49,908 bases of DNA, taken from positions 1-49,908 of IMG/VR virus record IMGVR_UViG_3300032320_002563; one strand, written 5' to 3'. Positions 1 to 9,165 of this stretch are shown piece by piece (position 1 is the stretch's first letter; every line of letters starts with the position of its first letter). The notes under the pieces were generated by a model that saw nothing but the letters and a program-made list of their open reading frames with translations, did no database searches and was not told where the DNA came from. The position numbers were made by a program, and so were the translations under genes. Origin of the DNA: a virus. Its lineage: Duplodnaviria > Caudoviricetes.

Positions 1-1338
1 ATTTTGTTCAATGATCTTCTTGCGTATAAATGAATCCTTGCTGGTCAAGTGTTTGAGCAGGAAGTCTTGGTGTTCTTGCAATCTGGTCAGCTCGTTAAGA
101 GCGTCGTAGCTTACTATCTGCAGGGCCTGTCCTTGCATGTCCGCAATCTGTTCACCATAAGGATCAGTTTCTGCTTGTTTGCTTTCCAACTGCGTTTGCA
201 GTGCAGTCAGGCTAGACCTATGATGAATAGCGTCTTCTTCCCGGTCGTAGAACATGGCCGGAGGCTTGCCTAACGGGCCCAAGGACGTGTGGGCAGTCTC
301 AAGTTCTGATAAGAGCTGTGTATGTTCCGAGCACGCTTCTCGCGCTCGCTCCAGATCAGCCTGCTTACCTTCCAAGACCTGTTGGTGCTTATGGTCGTGG
401 AAAGCCTGCCCGCAAGTGTGGCATGTGTGAGATTCAAGTGTCGCAATCTCCTTGCCAAGCTTCTCAATGCTTTTTGTCTCGCGGTCCTTATCAAGCTTCG
501 TGCGGGAGATCTGTCCAGCCAGGTCGTTAAGGTCTTTGCGTTTCTGATCCCATACTTTGTGTGCCTTGTGGGCCTGTATCTCGGCTTCAATGTCAATCTT
601 CTTGAGCTCTTCGAGCGCGGTTTCGAGTTTCGTGATCTCTTCTTCATGTCGGGTGGTCCATAAGGTTTGTCTGCGTCGCAAGGCCTCGATTTGTTCTTCT
701 ATCCTTTTGTTAGCTTCCTGCACAGCACGTATGCGAAACTCTTCTTGCTGTATAGCCTCTTTGGTCTGCCTATTGTGTTCTTTGATTCTATCAGCCCGCT
801 CACTGAGCATGGTTATGCCCAGCAACTGTTCAATGATTGTGCGCTGATCGTTGGCCTTCAAACTTAAGAATGGCTCAGTGTAGGTATTAAGGGCCAGGAT
901 ATGTTTGAACATGTCGTGGCTGAGGCCCAAGGTGTGTTCAATGGCATCTTGTGTTTCTCTTGAATCGCCTTGTGCTTCATCGGTAATGGTCTGTTCTTGA
1001 TTGTTAATGTAAAATTTCAACACATTGGGCTTGCGACCACGTTCAATTCTGTATTCTTTGCCGGCCACTGAAAAATCTAAACTGACCAGCATGTTCTTGC
1101 CGTTGGTCTTGTTCACAAGATTATCTTTGCGTATGTTACTCAATGCCTGCCCATATAGGCTGTAGCTTAATGCATTGATGATGGTGGTTTTGCCTGTGCC
1201 ATTGCGGCTGCCGTCGCCGCCTAGATCTAAATTCTCGCCCAAGACAAGTGTCAAGTCCTTGCGGTCAAAGTCAATGGCCTGTGTGCTATTCCCCACACTC
1301 ATAAAGTTTTTGACCGTGAGATTACGTATTTGTATCAT
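1..1338 (-). CDS. gp46: Recombination endonuclease ATPase subunit (T4 gp46 / Rad50-SbcC family), partial: 3' end runs off the window
   Basis: Missing from the ORF track (no stop in window). Hand translation from ATG at 1338: MIQIRNLTVKNFMSVGN...LVLGENLDLGGDGSRNGTGKTTIINAL (Walker A), zinc-hook HTCHTCGQ near 410-430, coiled coil, LTSKDSFIRKKIIEQN at the edge; ATGA overlap with the gp47 stop. Confidence 0.93.
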   Translation of the reverse strand, partial: MIQIRNLTVKNFMSVGNSTQAIDFDRKDLTLVLGENLDLGGDGSRNGTGKTTIINALSYSLYGQALSNIRKDNLVNKTNGKNMLVSLDFSVAGKEYRIERGRKPNVLKFYINNQEQTITDEAQGDSRETQDAIEHTLGLSHDMFKHILALNTYTEPFLSLKANDQRTIIEQLLGITMLSERADRIKEHNRQTKEAIQQEEFRIRAVQEANKRIEEQIEALRRRQTLWTTRHEEEITKLETALEELKKIDIEAEIQAHKAHKVWDQKRKDLNDLAGQISRTKLDKDRETKSIEKLGKEIATLESHTCHTCGQAFHDHKHQQVLEGKQADLERAREACSEHTQLLSELETAHTSLGPLGKPPAMFYDREEDAIHHRSSLTALQTQLESKQAETDPYGEQIADMQGQALQIVSYDALNELTRLQEHQDFLLKHLTSKDSFIRKKIIEQN

Positions 1339-2348
1339 AGATTTTGATATATCTTCAACAACAGTTTAGGATCATAGAACTCGCTTTCAATGTTGGTCAG
1401 CTGGTCTGTGACGATCTGATCTACACTTTCAAATTTGACTTCGCCGGGTGCCATGTCTGTGTCTACAGCACTGCTTTTGACAGGAATCAAGGCCATCTCA
1501 CGCAGATTGTAGTCTTTAACAAACGTGTCCTTGATAAAATTGGCTTCTTCATAGCTAATATCTATGTCCAGTTCCACACGCACATGCATGTTACGGGCCA
1601 ACAAGTCGGGAGCATGATCTATGACCTGGCTCAGTTTCAAAACTTTGTATAGAGGTTGTCCTGTCCAGGCGTGAAACACAGGAGCTTGACCCCACTCTAG
1701 AGTCATCATGCCACGCTGATCGTCGCCGGCATCGGCATAGTTGTGCGGAAAGCAATTGCCAATATAGTGTATATTTTTCTTTTGCTGTCTCAAGTGGAAG
1801 TGTCCGCTAAACACACGTTCGAACCCACCAAAGTGATCTACCTGTATGTCACCGTGATCGGGCATTTCGACCATGGCATTCATTTTGAAGTGCGGCAGTT
1901 CAAAGTGCCCAAACATGTACTGGCCCTTTAACTTTGGTATCCGTTTATGATCGTCGCCGACTAACCAAGGTGCTATGACCACATCACCGTCCTGAAACCA
2001 GTCGTTGACGATCTGGATATTGGGTATGTGTCGGGCCCATTCAGTTGAATAGATGTCACGCTTGTCTCGATAATAAAGATCGTGATTACCAGGAATAAAG
2101 TAAAAACGATCAAAGGCCTTGCTCAGTTTCTCCAAGCTACGCAGACTATACTGTAGTGTCTGCATGTTGATTGCAGCCCGCTGATGGCTCCAGTCGCCCA
2201 AGAACATGCCGGTTTCGCAACCATTTTGTCGAGCAGTGGCTATAAACCAATCAATAAAATCACTGCAATCTTGGTTGTGGACCAGGCTGTTTGACTTAAG
2301 GCCAAAGTGGATATCGGTGCAGACAGCAACTTTACGGAATAGACTCAT
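1335..2348 (-). CDS. gp47: Recombination endonuclease nuclease subunit (T4 gp47 / Mre11-SbcD metallophosphoesterase)
   Basis: Calcineurin-like phosphoesterase motifs DIHFG, GDW, GNHD, GHFE, SGHFH; adjacent to gp46. Confidence 0.93.
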   Translation of the reverse strand: MSLFRKVAVCTDIHFGLKSNSLVHNQDCSDFIDWFIATARQNGCETGMFLGDWSHQRAAINMQTLQYSLRSLEKLSKAFDRFYFIPGNHDLYYRDKRDIYSTEWARHIPNIQIVNDWFQDGDVVIAPWLVGDDHKRIPKLKGQYMFGHFELPHFKMNAMVEMPDHGDIQVDHFGGFERVFSGHFHLRQQKKNIHYIGNCFPHNYADAGDDQRGMMTLEWGQAPVFHAWTGQPLYKVLKLSQVIDHAPDLLARNMHVRVELDIDISYEEANFIKDTFVKDYNLREMALIPVKSSAVDTDMAPGEVKFESVDQIVTDQLTNIESEFYDPKLLLKIYQNL

Positions 2349-2360
2349 TCAGCTAGTATA

Positions 2361-3263
2361 CTATTCTTCAGTGATGATTACGACCTCTCCGGCAACGTGA
2401 GCAGGATTCTTTTTACCAGCATTTTGTCGAGTCCACGATGGATTGAGTCCGGCTTGTTCCAGCATGTCATCACGAATGTTTTGATTTTTCTTTTCTAAAT
2501 TCAAGATCCTGGTAAAGCTGTTGGTAATGGCCGCTGTGTAATAGGCGAACGGATTCTGACTCTTTGATTCATCAAACTGCAGGCCGATCTGGCTGAGCTG
2601 TAGCAGGGCCTGGCCACGCATTTCTTCGTTGTAAGTATAGCCACGCCAGTTGCTGCGGGTAGCATAGCGTTCGCACAGCTTGATAAACATGGTGGCCAAG
2701 GTGCGTGTCATGGTGCCGTGATCTTTTGAAAACTCGCCCTTGTCAAGGTCGCCCTGCCAGTGACTTTTGCCCACAATATAAGGGTCCTTGTTTTCATCCA
2801 AGCGATAGTGATAAAACGGAGGAAAGTTCAAGCGCACATGCTTTTCGTCCAACACAGGTTGTTCCAACAATTCGGCCAAGGGATCGTCTTCGTCTGATAA
2901 TTCCAACTCAAATATGTCTTCAATTTTCTTTTTCTTTTGTTGACTCTTGGGCACTTTTTTGGGTGCCATGGGTATGTGTTCCCAGCAGGTTATGCGGAAT
3001 ACTAAATCCGTGTTGGGGATTTTTTTAGGGTCTATAACCTGACCAGTTTCGCGCTTGATGCGATCGGCCCGGTTCCTGCGTGCTTCGGCTGTGGTCCTTT
3101 GATTGATTTTTTCCACAGTGGGCAAGATAATGTCATACTGGTGATCTGTTGCAGGATCGAGAAAGGTGCAGTAGGTATTTTTGCTTAGATGTATCTGTTT
3201 TAATATGTCTCTGTTGTTGAGATAGTTGGTTTTTGCTGGGGTCCTTGTGGGCGTGGTTGACAC
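2361..3263 (-). CDS. gp55: Late-transcription sigma factor, T4 gp55-like, with a large internal insertion
   Basis: N-terminal NYLNNRDIL; C-terminal ATRSNWRGYTYNEEMRGQALLQL and FDESKSQNPFAYYTAAITNSFTRILNLEKKNQ match the gp55 sigma-2 region; T4-like 55-47-46 gene order; GTG start with AGGAG SD at 3271-3275. Confidence 0.8.
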   Translation of the reverse strand: MSTTPTRTPAKTNYLNNRDILKQIHLSKNTYCTFLDPATDHQYDIILPTVEKINQRTTAEARRNRADRIKRETGQVIDPKKIPNTDLVFRITCWEHIPMAPKKVPKSQQKKKKIEDIFELELSDEDDPLAELLEQPVLDEKHVRLNFPPFYHYRLDENKDPYIVGKSHWQGDLDKGEFSKDHGTMTRTLATMFIKLCERYATRSNWRGYTYNEEMRGQALLQLSQIGLQFDESKSQNPFAYYTAAITNSFTRILNLEKKNQNIRDDMLEQAGLNPSWTRQNAGKKNPAHVAGEVVIITEE

Positions 3264-3287
3264 TAAAATTCTCCTGAGATATTATTT

Positions 3288-3315
3288 ATTGTAGCACAAA
3301 ATGCCAGGTTGTCAA
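3288..3315 (-). promoter_or_regulatory. sigma70-type promoter for the gp55-gp47-gp46 operon
   Basis: Minus strand reads TTGACA-N16-TACAAT with an extended -10 TG (TGCTACAAT), about 25 nt upstream of the gp55-like start. Confidence 0.75.
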
Positions 3316-3321
3316 CCTTTC

Positions 3322-3357
3322 TTTAACTGAGCCTATTTTGTTTTGGTTAAATACAAG
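3322..3357 (+). promoter_or_regulatory. Putative late promoter (TAAATA box 3348-3353 plus upstream TTTAACT..GCC..TTTTG element)
   Basis: TTTAACTGAGCCTATTTTGTTTTGGTTAAATACAAG, collinear with 11978-12013; 4 nt separate the box from ATG 3358. Confidence 0.65.
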
Positions 3358-3741
3358 ATGATGAATACAAATGCAGAACTACGACTGGACCCTGAGTCTC
3401 AAACCCTTGTGGCCCGGCCACAATCACGTCCTTCGTTGAAAGACTTGGCCAAGATCAAACACATATTTGGACCCAGTGTGTATGTCAAGGCTTTCTTTGT
3501 GCCTCAAGGATTGACTGTTGTAACCAAGGCTTTTCTTGAAGATCATGTCACGATACTAGCCCAAGGCAGCGTAGTGGTAGAAGACCCCGATGGGGTCAGG
3601 ACCAAATATGTGGCACCGGCACATACAGTGTTTAAACAGGCCACACGCTATAGATGTACTTGCATAGAAGACGCGGTATGGTACTGTGTGCATCCCACTG
3701 AGGAAACTGATCAGGCAGTGTTGATCAAACGATACGAATAA
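3358..3741 (+). CDS. Cupin-fold (RmlC-like) phage protein
   Basis: HIFGPSVYVKAFFVPQG...DHVTILAQGSVVV...APAH...WYCVHPT resembles small phage cupins; ATG 3358/3361 preferred over TTG 3343, which lies upstream of the promoter box. Confidence 0.6.
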   Translation: MMNTNAELRLDPESQTLVARPQSRPSLKDLAKIKHIFGPSVYVKAFFVPQGLTVVTKAFLEDHVTILAQGSVVVEDPDGVRTKYVAPAHTVFKQATRYRCTCIEDAVWYCVHPTEETDQAVLIKRYE

Positions 3742-3756
3742 CAGGAATTGCAAGAC

Positions 3757-5760
3757 ATGGGCGGAATAGCAGACGTCGCAGGAGAATTTATAGAAAGCGG
3801 AACCGGATTGTTAGAACTGGCCGAAGACGTCAGTTCTGTGGTCACAGAAGGGGGCCTAGAATTTCTCAACGAATTTGGTGGTGACACATTTTTTGAAAGC
3901 AGTACCGGACTTCTTACACTGGGCAGTGACCTAGGAGTCTTAGATGCCAGTTATGAACTGGTGGGCAGTTTTGCCGGTGATGCAGATTTTTTTAACTTTA
4001 CCAGCTTTGGCGATATCATAGACAGCGCCACCACGTTTGTGTCAGATTTCAATATTCCTTCGGCAATCACTCAACAGGTCACCGGTACTGCGATCAAGAC
4101 TGCTACCAACTTGGTCAGCAGTCAAGTGGCACAGATACCAGTCATCGGCTCTTTTGCGGCACCCATAACCAGATCACTAGCCGGCGCAGTAAATCCCAAC
4201 ATTGCCCAGACTCCCGGATTTAACCCTGCAGCAGGAATAAGTCTCAGGCAGTTGACCGGTATTGCGCCCAACATAGGCATACCTAATGTGCCTGGCATAC
4301 AGCTGGCCAGCCTGGGCAACAACATACCACTTAATCTACTTAAAAATCCAACCGGCGCAGTGAGTGTGTTCGGAGCCAATGGTCAACCACTGAACATACA
4401 AACTCCGGGATTCAACCCCAACGCTTTTAGTGCCACGGCAGTCAACACTGCAACCAATCCTCAGGTGGGCGGATTCTTTGGAGAGCCCCCAGGAACACCG
4501 CAGGAGAATCCAGCCGATGTGCCACTGTCAGATTTGGTCACAGAGCCACCCTTGGATACCACTCCGTCGGCCAGTGCCATAGATCAATCAGCTGGTCCTG
4601 TGGGATATACCACAGCCTTTGATCCAGAGACCGGAGCCTACGCTGTAGTTAATTTGGAAACAGGCCTGCCAGTGGCCACTGGACTCACCGAACAACAGGC
4701 CTTGTTGCAGGCACAAGAGCAAACCTTTATTGATGCTGGCGAAGTTCCGGCACCGGCACCCGACACTGATATTCGACTCAATGCAGGACCCGGTGTATCC
4801 AATGGAATAGCCTTTGACGACGAGGGTAATCTGCTTCCAGGATTCTTTGTAGGCGAAGATGGAGTACCAGTGTTTATAGGTGGCGGATTTGTTGATCCCA
4901 ACACAGCTTTACTGGCAGAAGCAGCTCGTCTTGCGGCCTTGCGAGATCAGGCACGACAGCAACAAACCATACGAGCACAGCGACAAAATCAAGCACAGTC
5001 TAGCGACTGGCGTGTCAGATTGAGATTGGCACCCAACAGCAATTATTTGTACAATGCACCCGACTGTGGCCAGATTCTGTGGCCCTTGCGCAACACCGAC
5101 GGTGTGATATTTCCTTATACTCCTACCATAGACACAGCCTACAAAGCCAACTATGATGCCTACGATCTCACACACAGCAATTATCGTGGATATTTCTACA
5201 AAAACAGCTATGTTGATCAGATCAACCTCAAGGCCACGTTCACAGCACAGGACACAGCCGAAGCCAACTACTTGTTGGGGGTCATACACTTTTTCCGCAG
5301 TGTGACCAAGATGTTCTACGGTCAAGATGCTGAGCGTGGCAGTCCGCCACCCTTGACTTATCTCAGCGGTCTTGGTGATTTCCAATTCAATGAACATCCT
5401 TGCGTGGTGTCACAGTTCAACTACAACCTGCCCGCTGATGTCAACTACATCCGTGCGCAGAGTGTGGTGCAAAACGGAACCAATTTATTAAATGCCCGGG
5501 CCCGACAAACAGTATATGGAAATCCCTTGAGCTATGCGCTCAATCGACTGTCAACTCTGGGACAAGGCATCAACAAAGGTGCACTTGATGCGCCCTTTGC
5601 TCCTGAAGGCAGCCTGGGTGCGGGCAATCCTACCTATGTGCCCACCAAGATAGAAATCAGCCTGGTCTTGTTGCCCATGCAGGCACGCAGTCAAGTCAGC
5701 AAACAGTTCAGTGTGAGAGATTTCGCCAAAGGCAACTTATTACGAGGAGGATTCTGGTAA
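3757..5760 (+). CDS. Virion structural protein: low-complexity N-terminal region plus C-terminal tail-tube/baseplate-hub-like domain
   Basis: C-terminal ~250 aa DWRVRL...FPYTPTI...THSNY...IHFFRSVTKMFYG...GSPPP...HPCVVSQFNYNLPADVNYI resembles tube-initiator (gp48/gp54-like) proteins; lies before the gp53-like gene; AGGA SD at 3743 favours ATG 3757 over TTG 3748. Confidence 0.6.
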   Translation: MGGIADVAGEFIESGTGLLELAEDVSSVVTEGGLEFLNEFGGDTFFESSTGLLTLGSDLGVLDASYELVGSFAGDADFFNFTSFGDIIDSATTFVSDFNIPSAITQQVTGTAIKTATNLVSSQVAQIPVIGSFAAPITRSLAGAVNPNIAQTPGFNPAAGISLRQLTGIAPNIGIPNVPGIQLASLGNNIPLNLLKNPTGAVSVFGANGQPLNIQTPGFNPNAFSATAVNTATNPQVGGFFGEPPGTPQENPADVPLSDLVTEPPLDTTPSASAIDQSAGPVGYTTAFDPETGAYAVVNLETGLPVATGLTEQQALLQAQEQTFIDAGEVPAPAPDTDIRLNAGPGVSNGIAFDDEGNLLPGFFVGEDGVPVFIGGGFVDPNTALLAEAARLAALRDQARQQQTIRAQRQNQAQSSDWRVRLRLAPNSNYLYNAPDCGQILWPLRNTDGVIFPYTPTIDTAYKANYDAYDLTHSNYRGYFYKNSYVDQINLKATFTAQDTAEANYLLGVIHFFRSVTKMFYGQDAERGSPPPLTYLSGLGDFQFNEHPCVVSQFNYNLPADVNYIRAQSVVQNGTNLLNARARQTVYGNPLSYALNRLSTLGQGINKGALDAPFAPEGSLGAGNPTYVPTKIEISLVLLPMQARSQVSKQFSVRDFAKGNLLRGGFW

Positions 5761-6059
5761 TGGCCAATTACGATTCTACCAGTCCGTATTTCAACACAGG
5801 TTACACACAGTTTTATCTCAATCCCATGGTCAACAGACCCATACCCAAGCTACCCGATGATCGACAAATGGTCATCAACTTGACCTATCAATACAGACCC
5901 GACATGTTGGCCTTTGACCTTTATGAAACTCCTACTTTGTGGTGGGTGTTCTATCAGCGCAATCCCAACACCTTGATTGCACCGCCCTTGGACTTCAAGG
6001 TCGGAACCACAATCTATCTACCAAAAATTACCACGTTGCGTGAAGTGTTAGGATTCTAA
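5760..6059 (+). CDS. gp53: Baseplate wedge protein, gp53/LysM-like
   Basis: YRPDMLAFDLYETPTLWWVFYQRNP...GTTIYLP is the LysM-like gp53/tail-X pattern; TAATG overlap with the upstream gene. Confidence 0.75.
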   Translation: MANYDSTSPYFNTGYTQFYLNPMVNRPIPKLPDDRQMVINLTYQYRPDMLAFDLYETPTLWWVFYQRNPNTLIAPPLDFKVGTTIYLPKITTLREVLGF

Positions 6060-6060
6060 C

Positions 6061-9000
6061 ATGAGTGAGGTCACCAATCTAGCCACACGCATAGCTCTAT
6101 TGCAGACACAGTTGTCACGCAGTCTGGCAGAGCTAAATGTGGCACAGCGCACAGCGGCCAACAGCTTGGTCATAGGTAGACTTCAGGAGGTCATAGCTCA
6201 ACAAGAACAAGAACTGGCCCAGTTGCAGACACAGTTGGCACAGGCACAACAGCGTGCGGCCCTGGGCACAGCCGGTGCAGGCAATCTAGCCAGAGATGAT
6301 CAACAGGCCACAGTTCCAAATTCTAGAAGCCAAGGTCCACAGCCCTCACTCCAGGTATTAACACCCGACGGCCGAGTAGAGACCCGGCCTGATACCACTT
6401 CTGCGACCACAGCCACGCCAGCAGTAACTGATGAAAGCGTGGATTCTGGGACCAATGCGCCGGTAAGGCCTATCACACAGACACAGGCCACTCCGGCCTA
6501 TGGCCCGGGACTACTCAGAGATCCCGGCGATGCCGATGCTCAAGAAGGTGGATTTTACGGCGGTGGCACAGCACCTGCAGCCACACAGATTGGTGCAGGA
6601 GCCGGGTCCGATGACGCTGGTCCTAGAAATGCCACCCGTGTAGAAATAGACAATATTTTTACTGAAACCACGGTGACTCCCAGACCCAATGTATTGGATC
6701 AATATTCCAGCTACAACTACACAGCATCAGTGTATCTTGTGCCTAGAGACCAATATCGAGAAATGATGCGCACCAAACAGCGTATACTAACCGGTAGCCA
6801 GCTGTTGTTCCAAAGCGGTGGTGCTCCTGTTGGTGGCCGCAATGCTTTTTTTAGCAATGACTACTACATTGACAAATTTGAAATCAAAAGTTTCTTGACT
6901 GGCAAAGGCACAGGTCTCACCCACAATGCCAAAGAAATCAACATGACCGTGGTTGAACCCAATGGTATAAGTTTCATTGACAATCTCACTCGGGCTGTGC
7001 AGGCCTTTTTCCCACAGCCAGACAAAAAGAAAAGCATTACCACAGTGATCTATCTCATGGTCATAAGATTTTACGGCTACGACGAGCAAGGCAATCTGGT
7101 GCGTGGAGGTGTGCCCAAGCCCGACGGCTCCAGTGATCCCAGTGCGTTTGTGGAAAAATGGTTTCCATTCATTATCAAAGACATAAAATTCCGTGTGGCC
7201 AACAAGTTGACCGAGTATGACATATCAGCAGCCGCACCACAGTTCCAGATCGCCACTGGACAAGGTCGCGCTACCATACCTTACAACATCGAACTCAGTG
7301 GCCAGACCATAAAAGACCTATTGGCAGGTCAGGCTCAATATCTTACCACTGCGGTGGCCCCCGGAGAACTCGGAGACATCGTCCAGACCACAGTAACAGC
7401 CACACCGCCGCCGCCGCCCAAGGCCAATGCCATCAACAGTCCGCGAGCGACCATACGCCAGGGACTCATGGCTGCATTGAACCAACATCAACAACAGTTG
7501 GTTTCGGCCGGAGACATTGAATTCCCTGACGAATACAGCATAGAATTTGTGGGGGCTGGAAATAGCCCGTCGGCCATTGAACAGGCACGATTAAGACCCC
7601 CTGGTGGCCTAAACAAAGCTGCTACCAGCATGGCAGTTCCACAGACAGCAGCCGATGCCAAACTGGGAAGCAAACAAAGCATGGATCCCAACAGTCGCAC
7701 ACAAAGCGCCACAGCAGGCATGCAGGTGGTGCAGTTCCTGGATCAGGTTCTACGCAACAGCACTTATCTCAAAGACCAGCAGTCGATTCAAATTGATGAA
7801 AACACCCAACAAGAATTGTACAACGGAAATCCGGCACAAAACGTGGCCTGGTTCAAGATCAGTCTGGACGCAGTGGCCAAACTTGATCAATGGGACAGCA
7901 AACGCAACCAGTATGCTTACCGGATCAAGTATATCATCAGTCCTTATAGGATAGCCGACCTACAAAGCAAATACTTTCCGACTCCAAAATTTACTGGTGT
8001 GCAAAAAGAGTACAAGTACTGGTTTACCGGAGAAAACACTTCGGTGTTGGCCTATGAAGAAAACATAAACGGACTTTATTACTTGACCTTGTCGGGCGCA
8101 AATTTAAATCTCAATGCATCATACAATGACAATCAAAGTGGTGAACAGGTGCAATACAATTTCCAAAGTGCCAGCACAGAAAGCAGCCAAGGAGCCGAGG
8201 GCAAGGTCAACGAACCTGTGGCCAATGCGGCTGAATATCTTTTCCAGCCGGGCTCGCTCAAAGAAGCCAATGTGACCATCGTAGGAGATCCAGCTTGGTT
8301 ACAACAAGGCGAAGGAAGCCTGGGGCAAAGCACCGCGAACTGGAACTTTGGCAGTTTCCTTCCCGATGGCACTTTGAACTTTGATGGAGGCCAGATTCTT
8401 TTTAGGATCGCTTTCAATGCTCCGGCCGATTATGACTACAGCACAGGGGTGGTCAATCCGGGACTGGCCACAACCAACAACCCAGGTCCTGCACAAGGAG
8501 CACCCAATGGACCAGCACAGATCAATCGTGTGTACTTGGCCAAAGAAGTAGTCAGCACATTCAGCAAAGGACGTTTTACACAACTGCTTAAAGGCAGTTT
8601 ACTGTTGAAACAAAGCACCGCTGACAATCGTGCAGCCGCACAGGCCACTCAGGTCCTACAACAACAGGCTGTAGCAGCCATGAGCCAAACCAGACAGTAT
8701 GCAGGATCTAGCATTGCTGGCAGTATCAGTACTCCGGGCTATCAATTGCCAGCTGTGAGTCTCAATACTTTTGGTCAAGGAGTCAATGTTCCTGGAATTT
8801 TAAATACCAACATCTTGGGACGACAACCTACTAGACCGTTTTCCGTACCTGGTGATCCGACCAGCAGCGGCCTGGCAGTAGGCTTAGTAAACAATTTGAA
8901 CTTACCGCCAGCTCCGTTGCGACTGAGCGGAGCAAGTCAATCTTTTTCTCAGATTATCACTGACAGTGTAGACGGCACACAAAGAACTGTTCGCGGTGTT

Positions 9001-9162
9001 GTTGACCAGGTAAGTAACGGCACCACCCAGGTCGGAGCAGGTTCAGATGATGCAGGAGTTGAATTGACCCAGGCCTATCTGAATGCAACAGTCAATGAGC
9101 AAACACAGTATCTTGACGTGGCACCAGCAACACCCACGGATCTGGGTGATTTTTTCGGGTAA
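6061..9162 (+). CDS. Putative baseplate hub protein (gp27/late-control-D-like) with N-terminal coiled coil and low-complexity termini
   Basis: Sits between gp53-like and gp5-like genes; NVLDQYSSYNY, IVGDPAWL and C-terminal STFSKGRFTQLL strand resemble hub proteins. Confidence 0.55.
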   Translation: MSEVTNLATRIALLQTQLSRSLAELNVAQRTAANSLVIGRLQEVIAQQEQELAQLQTQLAQAQQRAALGTAGAGNLARDDQQATVPNSRSQGPQPSLQVLTPDGRVETRPDTTSATTATPAVTDESVDSGTNAPVRPITQTQATPAYGPGLLRDPGDADAQEGGFYGGGTAPAATQIGAGAGSDDAGPRNATRVEIDNIFTETTVTPRPNVLDQYSSYNYTASVYLVPRDQYREMMRTKQRILTGSQLLFQSGGAPVGGRNAFFSNDYYIDKFEIKSFLTGKGTGLTHNAKEINMTVVEPNGISFIDNLTRAVQAFFPQPDKKKSITTVIYLMVIRFYGYDEQGNLVRGGVPKPDGSSDPSAFVEKWFPFIIKDIKFRVANKLTEYDISAAAPQFQIATGQGRATIPYNIELSGQTIKDLLAGQAQYLTTAVAPGELGDIVQTTVTATPPPPPKANAINSPRATIRQGLMAALNQHQQQLVSAGDIEFPDEYSIEFVGAGNSPSAIEQARLRPPGGLNKAATSMAVPQTAADAKLGSKQSMDPNSRTQSATAGMQVVQFLDQVLRNSTYLKDQQSIQIDENTQQELYNGNPAQNVAWFKISLDAVAKLDQWDSKRNQYAYRIKYIISPYRIADLQSKYFPTPKFTGVQKEYKYWFTGENTSVLAYEENINGLYYLTLSGANLNLNASYNDNQSGEQVQYNFQSASTESSQGAEGKVNEPVANAAEYLFQPGSLKEANVTIVGDPAWLQQGEGSLGQSTANWNFGSFLPDGTLNFDGGQILFRIAFNAPADYDYSTGVVNPGLATTNNPGPAQGAPNGPAQINRVYLAKEVVSTFSKGRFTQLLKGSLLLKQSTADNRAAAQATQVLQQQAVAAMSQTRQYAGSSIAGSISTPGYQLPAVSLNTFGQGVNVPGILNTNILGRQPTRPFSVPGDPTSSGLAVGLVNNLNLPPAPLRLSGASQSFSQIITDSVDGTQRTVRGVVDQVSNGTTQVGAGSDDAGVELTQAYLNATVNEQTQYLDVAPATPTDLGDFFG

Positions 9163-9165
9163 AGC

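Noticed and set aside
49-1369. Short ORFs on both strands (e.g. 270-647 minus, 322-663 plus)
   Set aside because: They overlap the gp46 frame (1338 to the window edge), which has clear Walker A and zinc-hook motifs; shadow ORFs
8801-8806. TAAATA inside the hub-like CDS (another near 36444)
   Set aside because: Not at a gene junction and lacks the upstream element; likely chance
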